A program made the translations under genes and the position numbers. Shown one piece after another: positions 25,701 to 38,993 of a DNA stretch of 64,000 bases; positions within the stretch are counted from its first letter, which is position 1; every line of letters begins with the position of its first letter. The DNA is from Sphagnum compactum (Eukaryota), in contig OZ234493.1 in the NCBI GenBank assembly GCA_965153455.1, positions 2,542,001 to 2,606,000 of the forward strand, in the 5' to 3' direction. The notes below the pieces were generated by a model. The model was not told where the DNA came from. It did not search any database and saw only the letters and a list, made by a program, of their open reading frames with translations.

Positions 25701-28700
25701 ATGATACCACAAGGAAACACAGAAGTGAAGACATTAAGCACAACATCTCAGCATATAGAACCCACTGGAGAGAGCTCACAAACCCACTTTCTCCCAGTTA
25801 TATTCCATTTCAAATGCAGAAAAAAATTGGTTGGACATGCAAACTTACCATCCTCTAGACAACCTACTTTAAACTTCATTTTCCTGCTTTCAACAGTACC
25901 ACCATCCATTCGACCAGAAGTAGAAACTCCAGTTGCTTCAATAACAAAATCTTCCTCAGCAACAACCAAGAAGGGTTGATTGTCAGACCCACAAAAAGCC
26001 CAATATTCCCGTCCCAAGTCATCTGTACCCAAATGGTCACGGCGCACATTCATATTCCATAGCTTGGTCTCTACCTGTCCAATTTCTGCATCCAACTTAC
26101 GCAGTAAATCCTGCAATTTTTCTGCAGAGTCAGCATTATTTTCCAACAACAGTGAAGGTTGCAGTTTGCTCAAATTTGTAGGTGTGGGGTCTTCTCCAAT
26201 ATGTTCTGATCTCCCCACTTTCAGATCACCAGAGTCTGGTCCTACCTCATGGCAAAGATCTTCCCTGTCATCCAACAATGGTGGTGCCATTTCCATTGTA
26301 ACTGCATCTGATGGACCATCAATAACCACACCCAAGGCTGATGTCCCATGAGAACTTGTAAGTTGCTTACCATCCACACCATTCTGCATTTTGCTAAACC
26401 TGATGCTCTCTAATGTCACATCAGCTACCTTCTGCTTTAACAACCATTCTGCGTTCTTGTCTTCAACAGAACCAATCTGACTGAAGATCCCTGTCCTTTC
26501 AGCCTCCTCAGAATTTTCTTCATTGCCATCATGTAACTGTGTTGCCATTCCAAGCTTCTGTTTCAGACATTGTGGTAGCAGGCAGCCCCTTCCAACATTT
26601 TCCTTGGCCAAGTTAGCTCTATTAGTGAGGGTACCAGGGGAGATTGCAAGTTCTGCATCCTTATGACACAAATGCTTCCTTGCAGACTCGGTAGCCTCCA
26701 ATGTTAGGTTATTTCCAGCCTTAAATTGCTTCACGCACAACTCTTCAGTGATGTTAAAGTCTTCAAGCTGAGAACAGGACATCAAGATGTCAGCTTTACC
26801 ACCTTCTCTACAACAAACATGAGGCAGATCAGAGATATGAGAGCGCAGAGTACATGACATGCCCTCACTCTCCATATCAGTAAGAGTCCTGCCTCTTTGA
26901 GAGGTAAGACCTTTAGGTAGGCCATTATTGGCTTTAGTCTCATCAGGAGGAACATCTTCACAAACAAACTTCTCCTCAACCATCTCAGGATGTGGTTGTA
27001 CTGTAACCTTACTGGATGCCTTGAGCTGATCAGATTGAATCATCTCTCCTCTCTTCATACCCATGTGGACATCAGCATATGTATCCTCAATTGCCCTTGT
27101 CAGCTCCAATCCATCTGCAACAGGACCAGACTTCAACCGTTTGTTGCTCCTATCAGCTCCTCCCTCTAAGTTGTCCCCCTCTTGCAAGTACACTGCTACA
27201 GGTGCTAAATTACTCATGTTGTGAATTTCTTCTTCATGCTTCCTCTTTGTTCTGTCAGATGCTATTTGGAGAGTCAAAGGAACACTGGTTTCAGTTATGG
27301 TTGATGGAAACATTTCTGGCTTTTTCTCATCACCTGGTTTGTCAATTACCAGTGTCTCCATAGACAAACAGACCTTATAAGCCCCATGATTCATCCCAGC
27401 TGCATATACATCTAACACTTTCCCAGTCAGATTTCCCCCACTGTCCTCGACCCCCTCCTTCACATTATATTCAAGTTTAAGATTTTTTGGCAAAGTAGGG
27501 TTGCGACTGGCAGCCACTGCAGAACAAGATGACCTACTTCGTAGCCTGGCTGCCCAAGAATCTGTGTTCACATCATGTAGAGGTTCCACAACCATTGCTT
27601 GTGCACTTTGTCCTGGTGTTGTACTTGTTATCTGAATTTGCTCATTGGGTAATCTTGAATGGTGCACATTTTGACACTGCTCAGCCTCCAATGCTTCATC
27701 ACGCTTAACACTTAACACACGAAGCTGCATTCGGAGCTCAGAAGCTGTGTCCAAACTTTTTTCTAGGTGTGCACGAATTTGGGGTGTCTCAAGTGCATTG
27801 TCACAAAGAATCTTCAGGAACTGAACCCTCTGATAGTTGGAATTAACCCAGCAAACAAAGACAATTCAAGTTAGGAAACCCTGATTCCAAAGACACCCAG
27901 GCCTCCCGATTGTATTCAGCCAGAGAGCCCACTTCTTGTTGTACCTCAACAACAATATATCACAGAACTACTAGTGATCAGTCAACTCCAGAGTAATCAT
28001 AAGGTTCACGGGCATGATAACTCTGGGTTATACACCTTGAGTTCAGCAAACTCAGGACTTCTCTTCATACTACAGATAGCACATTTCACGAAGGCACATT
28101 CAGGAATATAAAAACTGCACAAAGAACTTATTTGACAGTTCCATTCACTATGAAACCTTTCAAGATTCACAAAGGGTGCATTCAGACTTACATCTGCTAG
28201 ACTCCAATGGCAGTAGTCCATTGCACCAATCCTCTCCAACAATGTGTGTGCTGGACTCTCCACAAAAGGGGTCTGAACTCGAGGCAGTTCCCCTTCACTT
28301 TCCAATGTATCATCCAGGAAACCATAGGCAGGTACATGTCCATCTTCACCTTCTAGTCCATTGACAGCATTCTTCACCCCAGTTTCTTCCCCTCCAACTA
28401 CAGCAGTTGCCTCTGGAAAACCCCTCTTCACAGAAACACATGATGGGCAAAACCAATTTCCTTCAGGTACTTTTTGAAGGGGTGGATCCAAGCAATAGGT
28501 ATGGTATTCAGCTTCACAACCATCACATAACATAATTCTCTCATAATCTTCATCCACGCCACAAACCCGGCACGTATCATCATCTTCCCAGGGAGCCTTC
28601 AGAAGTTTTCCTGGCTTCTCTGGTATCTCCACTCCATTACCAACATCCTTCTCCAGGAACTTCCTGTCCATGTGATCAGCATCTCCATAACTATTGCAAG

Positions 28701-31700
28701 ACTTATCTTTTGTGTCGACATTGCCTTCAATCAGGCTTAAGACCTGCAAAACAGCTCAGTTGGAGTTTTCAAACATATGTGAAATTGATAGTTTGCAGAT
28801 ATCATGTAGACAAGGAGATAGGGCTTTTTAGAAAGAAGCATGCAGACTAAAAGTTCATATAGAGACAATAGTTGGGATGCTAACTACACAATATCTCTGC
28901 AGGAAAAAAGTCTGAATATCTCAGCAATGGTCCTGCTTGTCCATGTTCTGAGTAAGGATTTTTTGTACAGCACTCCTTATATGGATACAGTGACCAGATA
29001 CATAGAGGGCTCCAAATCTATATCTATTTATGAGATTGGGGAGAAATCTCCACAAAAACATTCTGAAGGTAACACTACAATGAGTGCAGTTGCAACCTTA
29101 TGAGAGTAGCTCACAAAGTTGTCAGACCATCACCTTCATCTCAGATAGCAGTGATAAGCTGCCATGGCTACCAACTTCATCAACTCCTGATGCTGGGTGT
29201 AAATAAGCATATAATGATCTGCCCAAAATTTCAGGCAAACCATATACAAAATCTGCATCCAGTGTTTCTGTCACATTTCTGGAAGCAACAGGAAGACTTG
29301 GACATAACGTTGGCTAGCACTCAAGAGGCATATGCATCGGGCTGCAACTCTATGCACAACGATCAGACAGTCATACCTGCTTCTGGTAAAGACTCTCAAA
29401 GAGCTGAGACAGGGAGTTGGCAAGCTCCACCATATCACTGCCACTCCCATGAACTTCTTCCACATTCCTCCATATCTGCAATTGAGGATATGTGAGGGAC
29501 CCTCCAATTCAATAACGTGCTCAAGTTTGTTGGTAACAATTTCCTGTAGAAATGGAAAAAGAAGAAACATAACAAACCCATTACTGAACAGAGGTTGCCA
29601 TTAGATAGGAGTCATACCTGTCGCACATCTGCTGCAAATGCCTCTGGTAACCCTCCATAAGCACCAGCAGCAAGGCGAGCATCGATGGTCCGAAAATCAA
29701 GGGGCCGAGCTACCATACCACGCACCTTACCAGTCCCATGGCCCTCTGGACCACCAATCAAAATAGAAAAAACTTCTCCTTTGTCTGCATCTGCCACATG
29801 TCGCAGGACAATTCGGCAGCACTGCATGAGGTAGTCAGGGGAAGCCACTGGTTTCCTTGTCTTGCGCCTTTGAGCTTTTGCTGGAGAACCACCATAAAAT
29901 TTTGCCAGAACTTGCACTACAGCTCTCTGTACGGCAAATCAAAATTCCACCTATGAGCAGAATAACAAGGTCTAGACTTTGCAACCATGATAGCAGCTTC
30001 ATGATTCAACAGGCAGCTGGTATCCAAAGCAACATCTGCACTAGCTTTATTCTACACCATTCCCTTATCCAATGATAGTAAACATACTGCATCCAACATA
30101 TAAGGCACACCAGAAACTCATCATCACCTTTGAATCCCAAATGTCCTCAAATAATATTGTGGGGAAAACTGGCATGCATACAACAGCCATCTGATTCACA
30201 AATTTCAGAGCTTAGAATGCCTAAGAACAGTCCAAATATCTAGGCTAAATCCAGCTAAATGTACCTTGGTTGGGCCAGATGCATTGCCCTTGAAGATGTC
30301 CCTACTTATTGACCATTCCAAAATGTCAGCTGCCCATTTGACAGGGTGCAAGTCCAAGGCCTCCCGCACCTTGGCCCTGATCCTGGCACCAACATTTGTT
30401 GGCATTGTGCGCACAGGTTCTAAAGCCTTCACCCAGGGAGGGATTTCATCAGATGGATAATGTCTGTTCTTTTCATCATCTGCCAGAGCTTCCTGCTTGT
30501 CTTTCTTCTCTGCATTTGGCAACCGCAAGGAGAGTTCCATTTCTGCCTCTGCCAGTACCTGAAACATACAGGTAAACTCAAACAATGCAATGATTGGTAG
30601 TCCATGTCCCAAAAACTCAGCAGAAAAAGAATTCTAGACTCCCTGGAGCTGTTTGACAGCTTGAACTCAATCTAAGCTTCTAGCTCCTGACTGCCAGAGC
30701 GAGCAAAAGAAACCAGAGAAACTGGAAAGCTTTCTAAAGCTGCAATTGCTCCAACAAGATGGCCACCCGGTTTGCCCACCAGCTCTTCAGCTCAACTTCG
30801 TGGGATAACGGTCAAGAAGTCACTTTGGTAGATAAAAGTACCAAAAACACAAGACTTATGTCCTGAGACAATTTATCATGAGACAACCAAACCACCACAC
30901 TCCATTGGATGCATTTCATACCTGAGCATCACTTTCTACAGCAACGACTGTAGCAGCTGCCCCAAACAGCACACCACCATCTCCTTGAAGACATCTAATG
31001 AGCCTTCTGCGCTCCTCTGGTCTCAATCCACTGGGATCGCCACTTTTTTTAACCTCAATAAGAGTGACCAGGTACCGATGAGCAAGTTCAGGCCATGTCA
31101 CCTCATTCACAGGGAGATCACCCCCAAACTCTGGTATCACGGGCACTGGTTCATTCAGGAGAGGTCTGCCCCTTTTCTTTGGCTCTTCACACCTGCCACC
31201 AGTTGGATCACCCAAAACCCTGTATTGCATATCTGCAAGCAGAAACTTCAGCAAAGGTATATGTGCATGAGCCACAGTGACAACATTGTGGTCCAATTCA
31301 CTATCCAAGGGCATCATAGCTCCATCACCTCTGCCCAGTTCCTTCCCATGTACTTGTGCAGTTTCACCAACATTTGCTTCAGCCGTGCACTTTTCAGCTG
31401 TTGCTTGCACACTCCCATCTGCAGTCATCACATCAGAATCATCTCCCCTCTTTCCCCCCATATCCTGCTCCCTCAAACCGGTTTTAACCGGCTCACCAGT
31501 TTCTCCACCCCCACAAGGCCTCAATGTGTCAAATTTCCCGGGTAAGATGAGCTGCATATCTGCCTGCTCTTCCACTCCACTTTGGCTTGAGTGTTCCCCT
31601 AATTTGGGTATACCAGCTTGACCTTCATCCCCAGTCTCTGACAACCCCTCTTTGTTCTGTGCCCTGTCGTCCTCTAATTTTGGCACAAATTTGCAATTTC

Positions 31701-34700
31701 CATCCTCAGTCTTTGCTAATGCCTCACTTGGAACCACCAGCCCCATATCACTAAGCCCTGCTTCCAAATCTTCAAAGGTAGGAAGTGACTCTTGGCCAAT
31801 AAGTTCAGAGAAACGGTGCAGAAATTCCCATGCCTGTAGCAATGGCCAAAAAGATTTATCAGGTACATGGCTTCAGAACCATGCATGCTCAACACCAATG
31901 TTTTGACATTGGTCTAACAATGTGGGGGGTCTAACAACTGAGCTGAAACTCAGCTAAAGCATCCTTACACACCAGCTTACAAGGAAAACCATCCTCACCC
32001 ACACATAAAGAAGCCAATCCTTGCTATTGTGTCCAGCATGGATGAAAGAAGTTAGTTGAAAGTGGCCACTGGGAAGTGGCATAGCAAACTGGGTGTCTCA
32101 AAAACAGACATGAATGCTCAACTTGAGAGTTCCCCAGACAAGATTAGGTGCTAATTAATTTAGAACTTATTTGACATTGAAAGGGACTCAGATAGGAGGA
32201 GTGGCTAAAAGCATACAATGCAAAAGTGCTTACTTCAAGCAAATCTCCTACAAGCTCTGTGGGAAGTTTCTTCCCAAGGGGCTGGCCAGTAGGTGGTGGG
32301 GACCGCTCATAACTTCTTAAAGAAACTTCTTGGTTTGCCGAATTGGTCAATTCACTCTGAACATTCTTTTGCAATATCTCCCCACTGATACCTTCCAAAG
32401 TTTGGTTGACTTGTCTGGTATTATCCCCACCTGTCACCCACAGCAGATATCAGGCAAACACCAACTTGGCATCTCTCTGCTACCAAGCATGAAACACAAG
32501 AAAGCACAGCAATGGCAGGACAAATGAAATTGGTACAAAACCAATTTGATCTTGAGATCTAGTCACAGCTACTCAGATAATGCAATACTGCACTACTCTT
32601 GTGCCAAGTGGTGCTAGTTTCAAAACCACTTGGACAAAGTGTGGACAAAATGATCCATCTGCTCAACCTATTCCTCTCTTTGACTGAATCTGTGAAACCC
32701 CGAAAAGCAGCAGTCAGCCAAGTACCTGCTGCTTCAACTTCCTCCCTTGCAGTCTCCTTGAGAGACATGGGATTATCCAATTCTTCAGTGAAACACTTGT
32801 CAATGTTGTCAGTTCCCACCCCTTGAAGAACCTGAGTAACCTCTTGCGCTACTGGTTGATTGATCTCAAACTGACTTTTCGCCAATCTGGCTTCTAACCG
32901 TTTGAACAACACCTCCTCCAACAAGTTCTTGCCCATGCCTTTATGGACTGCCATTCCAGTTTCTCCATGAATCTTGTTTTCATCTGAACGTTCTGCCATC
33001 TCCACATCAGCTCCTCCAGGAATCTGGCACCATTTATTGCCCAATTCATGATCAAACACTAAGGAAGAATTTCCTGATACTTCTGCATCTTGTTTCTGAC
33101 CAATTCTGGATGCAACATGTGAGCACAAAGACTTTGTTGCTGTGTGAGACCTCCTGATTCGAGTCATGAACTCTTGAACAAACAGTTTCCATGCATCTGA
33201 TGGGGATGCAGCCTCAACAACGAATTCACCAATCTCATCCAATGGCCATGGTTTGAACCCCACTGGGATGACCTCTTGAGCTGTCATGTCCTGCAAAGCT
33301 TCAGCCCTCTGGATTGGGTCACTTCTTGTCTGTATATTACTTTGCAGGTGCTGGACCTCATCAATTGACTTCTGGGTCACAAAAGAAGATAATTCACTCC
33401 TTCCACTTCTTGTATGGCCCTTTTCAGTACTATGGTCCGCAAGGTCAAATCCATTATCACATGCATGTTTAGCTGAATCTGCACAAACTACAGCCACACC
33501 ATCACGCTCTGCCACTGGAAAGAATGATTTCCGAGTGACACGGAAAACCAGCCTTGACTGCTCGCCACCCACCACTTCACATATACAAAGTGATCCAGTC
33601 TCAGAGTCATGCCAAGTAGATTTGTAGCCTGAGAGCAAGGTTTGAGGCCCATCCAATTCCCCAGACCAGGACTTCATTGCTCCAAGTCTTTCAAGAGGCA
33701 GATCTCCATGGCCAATTTGTGATTTGAGCTGAAACACACAGCAGCAAGTGAGAGAGGATACCTTGCTTATAACCTGGACAAGCTCTCAGACTTAGAATAG
33801 CACTTCCCTGGATATGACATGTACAAGAGTTCATATTCTTTAGCCATTTCTAGCAATGTCCACAACTAGGACTATATCACATATGCTTACATTGCTTCTA
33901 CAAGATGCAATTTGGACCTCATGATACTTATAACAGTGGAGATGCAGTCCCCAAGATTGTTGCACATTTTTTGAAAGTAAGTGACAACTTGGAGCTTAGA
34001 CTCTAAGCATCTTTAGCAATCCAGTATGTTTCAACTTTCAACAGCCCACTGACAGAGTACTGCAACTCACCCCCTTGGTAACAGTCTGTTCACTGTTATT
34101 CACCAATGCCCTTTCACGAGATCCTACACAAGCATTGCGCTTCTTGGGACCACCCTTTCCGCCTACAAGGCCAAGATACCTGACCACTTCCAACCGTGAT
34201 CTGAACCTCTGCTTGTCAGGAGAGACAAAGTACTTATCACACACACGGTCATTTCCCTGTCTCCTCCGTATCACTACATCCCAACCATTCCCCAGCTCTC
34301 CATGCTTTTCAGCTACAAAGCTCCGCAGCATCTGCAAAGTGTCCTCTTTCTCCTTCAGTTCTGCATCCTTTCCAGAATCCTCCTTCAGGAAATAACTGGG
34401 CACCGCAATATCTGGAAGTTTCTTGCTGCTTACTTCATGGATTGTGTTAACAGTGTTTGATGGAGTTGCCTGAACTTTATTGTTTGCTTGAACAGGAACA
34501 TGTTCAACACTGAAAACCACAAGGAACAAAGCCAGGCAATTACATTCAAGATATCATAACAACCCCATCAAGAAAACTGTCACCTGTTGGTGTTCATACT
34601 AGCTCAGCCACTGTCAGCTGAACCTGACTTTCTTTATGACAGACATTTACTGCTTTGAAGATATCGAATGACAACAATACAACCAACTCTGGATACTACA

Positions 34701-37700
34701 GAAAAAGATTGAATATGAAATTCTCATCTCAGCAATAACAAATCATCCTTTGATTGGGGCAGAAAGAACTGCTAAACTCTTGCAAAAATAGAACTCAAAG
34801 AAACACCACAATAGCTGACTGAGAAATCCCATGCTAACAAGCAGCAATTTAAATGTGGTGCCATAGTAAGAAACAAAATTGTCCCAGGCTCTACTCCCTC
34901 AATATATATAAGGAGCAACAGACCATATATCTATGATATTGCAGAGGATACTCCACAACAACACTTTGAAGGTAATCATTCAGTCAATCCAGCAAAAAAA
35001 AAACCAAACACAACAAGAAATGAGTGTGGTCATATCCTTAGAAGTGTCACTCATAAAGTGTCAGACCATAACCTTCATCATATGAATACAAAGCTGTCAT
35101 GATTCCCCAGTGACTTCATCAGCTTCCAATGGTGGGTGTAGATAAATATATAGTAGTCCACACATTATTTTTGGGCATCTGCATCCTGAGTTTCTGTTGC
35201 ATTTCTCGAAGCGACAGGAAGACTGTGTCATGATGTTGGTTTAGCACTCAATTGACGTATCCAATCAAAAAGATCAGTCATGACAGGAGCAAGTCACCAC
35301 AATAGTTTTTGCATACTTCACACTTGACATGGCATGGTTGCAATCTAGGCCTACAGCTGTTAGGAACCAATATCTTCTATGTATCAAGAACTTCTACATG
35401 CTTACAATTTAAGTCAATCTGAATAGGACTGAAAACTGAACCTATAATAAGGTTATTGAGAATTAAGGATCTGACAACATATCAGCCAAGAGAAAAAACA
35501 GGAAACCCAACCCTAAAAAACAAAGAAGAAACTGAGGAGAAGTTCAGCAACATTAAAAAGCAACATGTACGGCAGTGACCAGCTATCGGAACATCCTCAT
35601 TACATCAGCAGCTTGTGGCAGTGGGTTGAGGTTAATGTTCTACATTAACCAACTGACTCACTTTCTGTCACAAGACCAGCAGGGTAACACAAAGACTGAG
35701 CCATGATGTGGCTAGCTCAACATAACTGAGTTTCTATCACAAGACCAGCAGCAGCAGAAAGATTCAGCCATGAAGTTGGCTAGCTTAACAACACATAAAA
35801 GAGAAGGAGATGACCAAGAAACCCAAGAAAAAAGAGGAACACCAAGAGATGGAAAAGCAAAAACACAAACCAAACCAGGAATGGGGAAGAAGAGAGTGAA
35901 ACCATTTGGAGAACTCCACAGGCATGACAATTTGGTATCAGAAATCAAGTATTATCAGCTCAGTCTGAGCACAATGTATTTCATGAGATCCTCATTAAAT
36001 CTGCCACTGATTCAATAAAAAGTGAACTTGGTACTACATGTGGTACACCTCAGGAAAGCTGAGTTGGACTGACTTCTGTATCCAACCAACCTAAGATCTT
36101 GGTCCCAAGCATACAGAGGGAAACTGGATTACCTCAGTTGATAGGAAGCATCGCTCACTCCACCTTTCCTGCATGCTAGCTCCTCCTTTGCAGCTGGCTC
36201 TACTTTCTCATGTAATCCCTCTTCATCAGGGTACTTGTTGGCAACCGCATTGGAGATCAGTGAAACAGTTCCTACTTTTAAACTCTGAAACTTGTCACAA
36301 CTGTCACCTCCTTCACCATTCTCTTCAGACTCCATGGCATCAAAGTCCCTACACCTTCTTTCCCCAACCTCTTTTCCATCAGTTGTTACCTTCGCAATTG
36401 GATTCACAGCTCTATGTCTTGCATGCGGTTTCATTTGTGCACTGATGGCTATAAATCCTCTGCCAGCATTTACACCACAAAGTTCATCTGCCCCCTCAAT
36501 AAGAACTACAGGCTGCCCCGCATCCAGCTCATCCACTTTCCCCCAATTTTGTTTCATATCTTTGGACTCCCTTACACTGTGTGCGTCCCTAGCTTTCAAG
36601 TTAACACTGGTGGCAATGCTTCCTTCACTACCATGTACCAATGCCTCCTGACAACAAGTCGCAAGCTGCCTGTTTTCAGTGAATCTTGTGCCATCACTCT
36701 CATTGCTTATCTTTGAATCTGCCAACTTCCTCACCAGGCCTGATTTAGTGTTACCGAGAGGCCAACAGCCAACACCAACTGCTAGTCCACAAGCCAAGCA
36801 GTGCCAGTTCTCAAGCTCTGCAACTTGTTTGCGTTGAAGATCCACACAATGGAGATGAAAACTACTTTCACAGCTATCGCACACAATCGTATTTCTCAAG
36901 CTTTCAGGCTTTTGACAACAGTGACACTCCCTCTTGGTATCTAACCCTACCATCCCAGGGAATGAAGCAGCAGGATCTGCAGCTGGCTCCAGCACTCCAT
37001 GCACTTTCATCACCACAGCCATTGCTTCTGCTACTCCAGGTTCAAAATCCTCCTCCAAAACTGACAAACACATAATATAAGATGTGGCAATCATCATTCA
37101 CAAGAGCTGCATCAAAACGATAGCATCTGTTGACAACAAGGACAATAAAGGACTACCAATTCATGTAATTTTCCAACAACTGCTCAAGGCATTGGAACAG
37201 GATAATGAGTTCTCTACACCCAGAGCTGTTTCTCCCTCTCCGGTGCATGTCATGCCACTTTGAACACAAATGTTGGGGGAAGCTGAAATACCTTGTGTTG
37301 ATGTACCCAGAATCTTGCTATTGCCATCCCCCTTCCCTTTGTTGCACAGACTTTCCCCCTCTCCTGGTGTACTGGTGTCTCCTTCTCCCTTCTTCTTTGC
37401 TCGTCTTCGTAACTGTTGTCGCACCGCTGTTGTCAAGTGATCAGTCACAGTCTCCCCCTCATTCATCTGTCCCCTGTCTCTTCCACCTCCATGGGTTGGT
37501 CCCACACCATCTTCTTGATCAGTTATACTAGACCCTTTGTCAAATCCGCTGCAATCCTTGGTCTTTCCTGAATCTTTAGTGTTTCCATATTCAATTGCTA
37601 CACTATCAACTGTCTGAGCTACCTCTGCACAATCAATTTCAGCCATTTCTGTAATCTCCATCGCAACCAAGTCCCCATCTACTGTACTTGCCTTTGGAAC

Positions 37701-38114
37701 CCAGTTCTCAACATTATTTTCCACCACCATTCTCTTCAACTTCAGTTGAAATTCTACACTAGGGACCAAAATGCAAAGTTCCTTCTCCATGCAACCTGTC
37801 TGGCTACCTTCAACCTCATTAACTTCCTTGGTGGTTCCCAAAATTGAACAGCTCACAGATCTGTCCTTAAAACAACCAGACAAAACACTCTTGTTCCCAG
37901 TTAGCTGCTCAACACTTGCATCTTCTGTAGTCAGAGTGTGGTTCTTTGAGCCCCCAGAAGTCACACTTCCCACAGAGTAAATATTCTCCCGCTCACCTTC
38001 TCCAAGGCTGTTAGTTTTCAAAAACCTTAACCCCCCAATTTCCAGAACAGGGTCTGTAATCTCTCTTGATGAGGACCTGCACACACACGCATGTTCCTTC
38101 TTCTCAGTATTCAT
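22717..38114 (-). CDS. MBD9: Methyl-CpG-binding domain protein 9-like (PHD, MBD, FYR, DDT, bromodomain, PHD, WHIM), about 3,200 aa
   Basis: Phase-consistent exons: 38114-37292, 37060-36133 (PHD CHCC...CDSCESSFHLHC...WHCLAC), 34509-34071 (MBD, GWDV...KYFVSPDKQRFRSRLEV), 33728-32726 (GYKSTWHD.ETGS), 32430-32234, 31833-30922 (DDT, AWEFLHRFSELIG; VTWPELA), 30558-30265 (PTNVGARIR, KGNASGPTK), 29926-29618 and 29475-29377 (RPLDFRTIDARLAAGAYGG bromodomain), 28743-28192 (KAPWEDDDTCRVCGVD PHD), 27829-25849 (WHIM, RRDHLGTDDLGREYW), 25534-23679, 22968-22717 (WSSLSAAA...SSLALKLYALDASI). The exons sum to 9645 nt. The first exon and its donor are the least certain part. Confidence 0.93.
29111..29340. repeat. 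Dispersed ~250-bp repeat, copy 2 (MBD9 intron)
   Basis: Similar to 22228-22500 and 35051-35300, in the same orientation. Confidence 0.8.
35051..35300. repeat. Dispersed ~250-bp repeat, copy 3 (MBD9 intron)
   Basis: Similar to 22228-22500 and 29111-29340, in the same orientation. Confidence 0.75.
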
Positions 38115-38784
38115 TCATTCATTCCCACCTCCCTGTAACAAGACCAGTCTTTGTAGGGCCTCCCCATTGAACGAGGGTTTCTAACAATCTACTGACCCTC
38201 TCTCACTTGCACAATGACCTAAAACATGACCTAAATCAGTGCTGATCCCTGCCTGATCTTGGTTCAAGGATCACAAGATGACCAAAGAGAAAGGGTTACA
38301 ACATAGCAGGCTCCATACAGAGGAGACAGGAGGATATAGTCACAAAGAGGAAAACCTAGAAATTACTAGGGTTGGAGGCTTTTTTCAACCTTCCTGTCAA
38401 CAAATGAAGCAGAAGGATGAGAAATTCACTGCCAGTCTCTAGAGAGCCACTAGGTAATACCCTGGTAATAACAGCTTCTTTATACATTCATTTCTCTTGC
38501 ATCTCTCCCTCTCCTCTCGTACCTGCAGTTCAGATTCCTACACCCAATGCAGGGTTATCCTCACCCAAGAACTCTCCTCACCGAGAACACGCTCACCTCG
38601 AGGATGGGTGTTGGAAAGGGCAATCTGTTATTTGGATGGTAGCTAAACAGGTGCGATTCTTGCTTCTCCGCAACCTAAAGAACAACTCCGATTTGAGGTA
38701 ACGCTCAAGCAAACGAAAAAAGGTTTAGGGTTTTCGATATTCTTGAAACAGAGATGTAGTACCATTAGATGCGATGCAAATGAA

Positions 38785-38787
<3 letters not shown>

Positions 38788-38816
<29 letters not shown>
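38788..38816. repeat. (CT)n microsatellite
   Basis: Perfect ct run. Confidence 0.95.
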
Positions 38817-38819
<3 letters not shown>

Positions 38820-38959
38820 CATATCGCATACCCAATAGAGAGATAGACAGTGAGACGGTGACAACCCCTTTTTCACCTAGAAATCCAGCTGGTGAGATTG
38901 ATGACCTACACGCACACTTGGAACAGCAACAATAAACCCTACTCTCCTTTTTCTCTTTT

Positions 38960-38993
38960 ATTATTATTATTGTTGTTGTTGTTGTTGTTGTTA
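38960..38993. repeat. (TTA)n(TTG)n microsatellite
   Basis: Direct reading. Confidence 0.9.

Noticed and set aside
28744-29617. Apparent loss of the C-terminal half of the MBD9 bromodomain
   Set aside because: A 99-nt exon at 29475-29377 (IWRNVEEVHGSGSDMVELANSLSQLFESLYQKQ) supplies it; the ORF track shows a different frame there.
33729-33773. 12-nt micro-exon (VISK) followed by a 33-nt intron in MBD9
   Set aside because: The intron would be implausibly short. Alternative in-frame acceptors explain the sequence better.
23816-37980. Many 60-190 aa antisense or alternative-frame ORFs over MBD9 (and similarly over 51889-54291)
   Set aside because: They are shadows of long coding exons and have no recognisable motifs.
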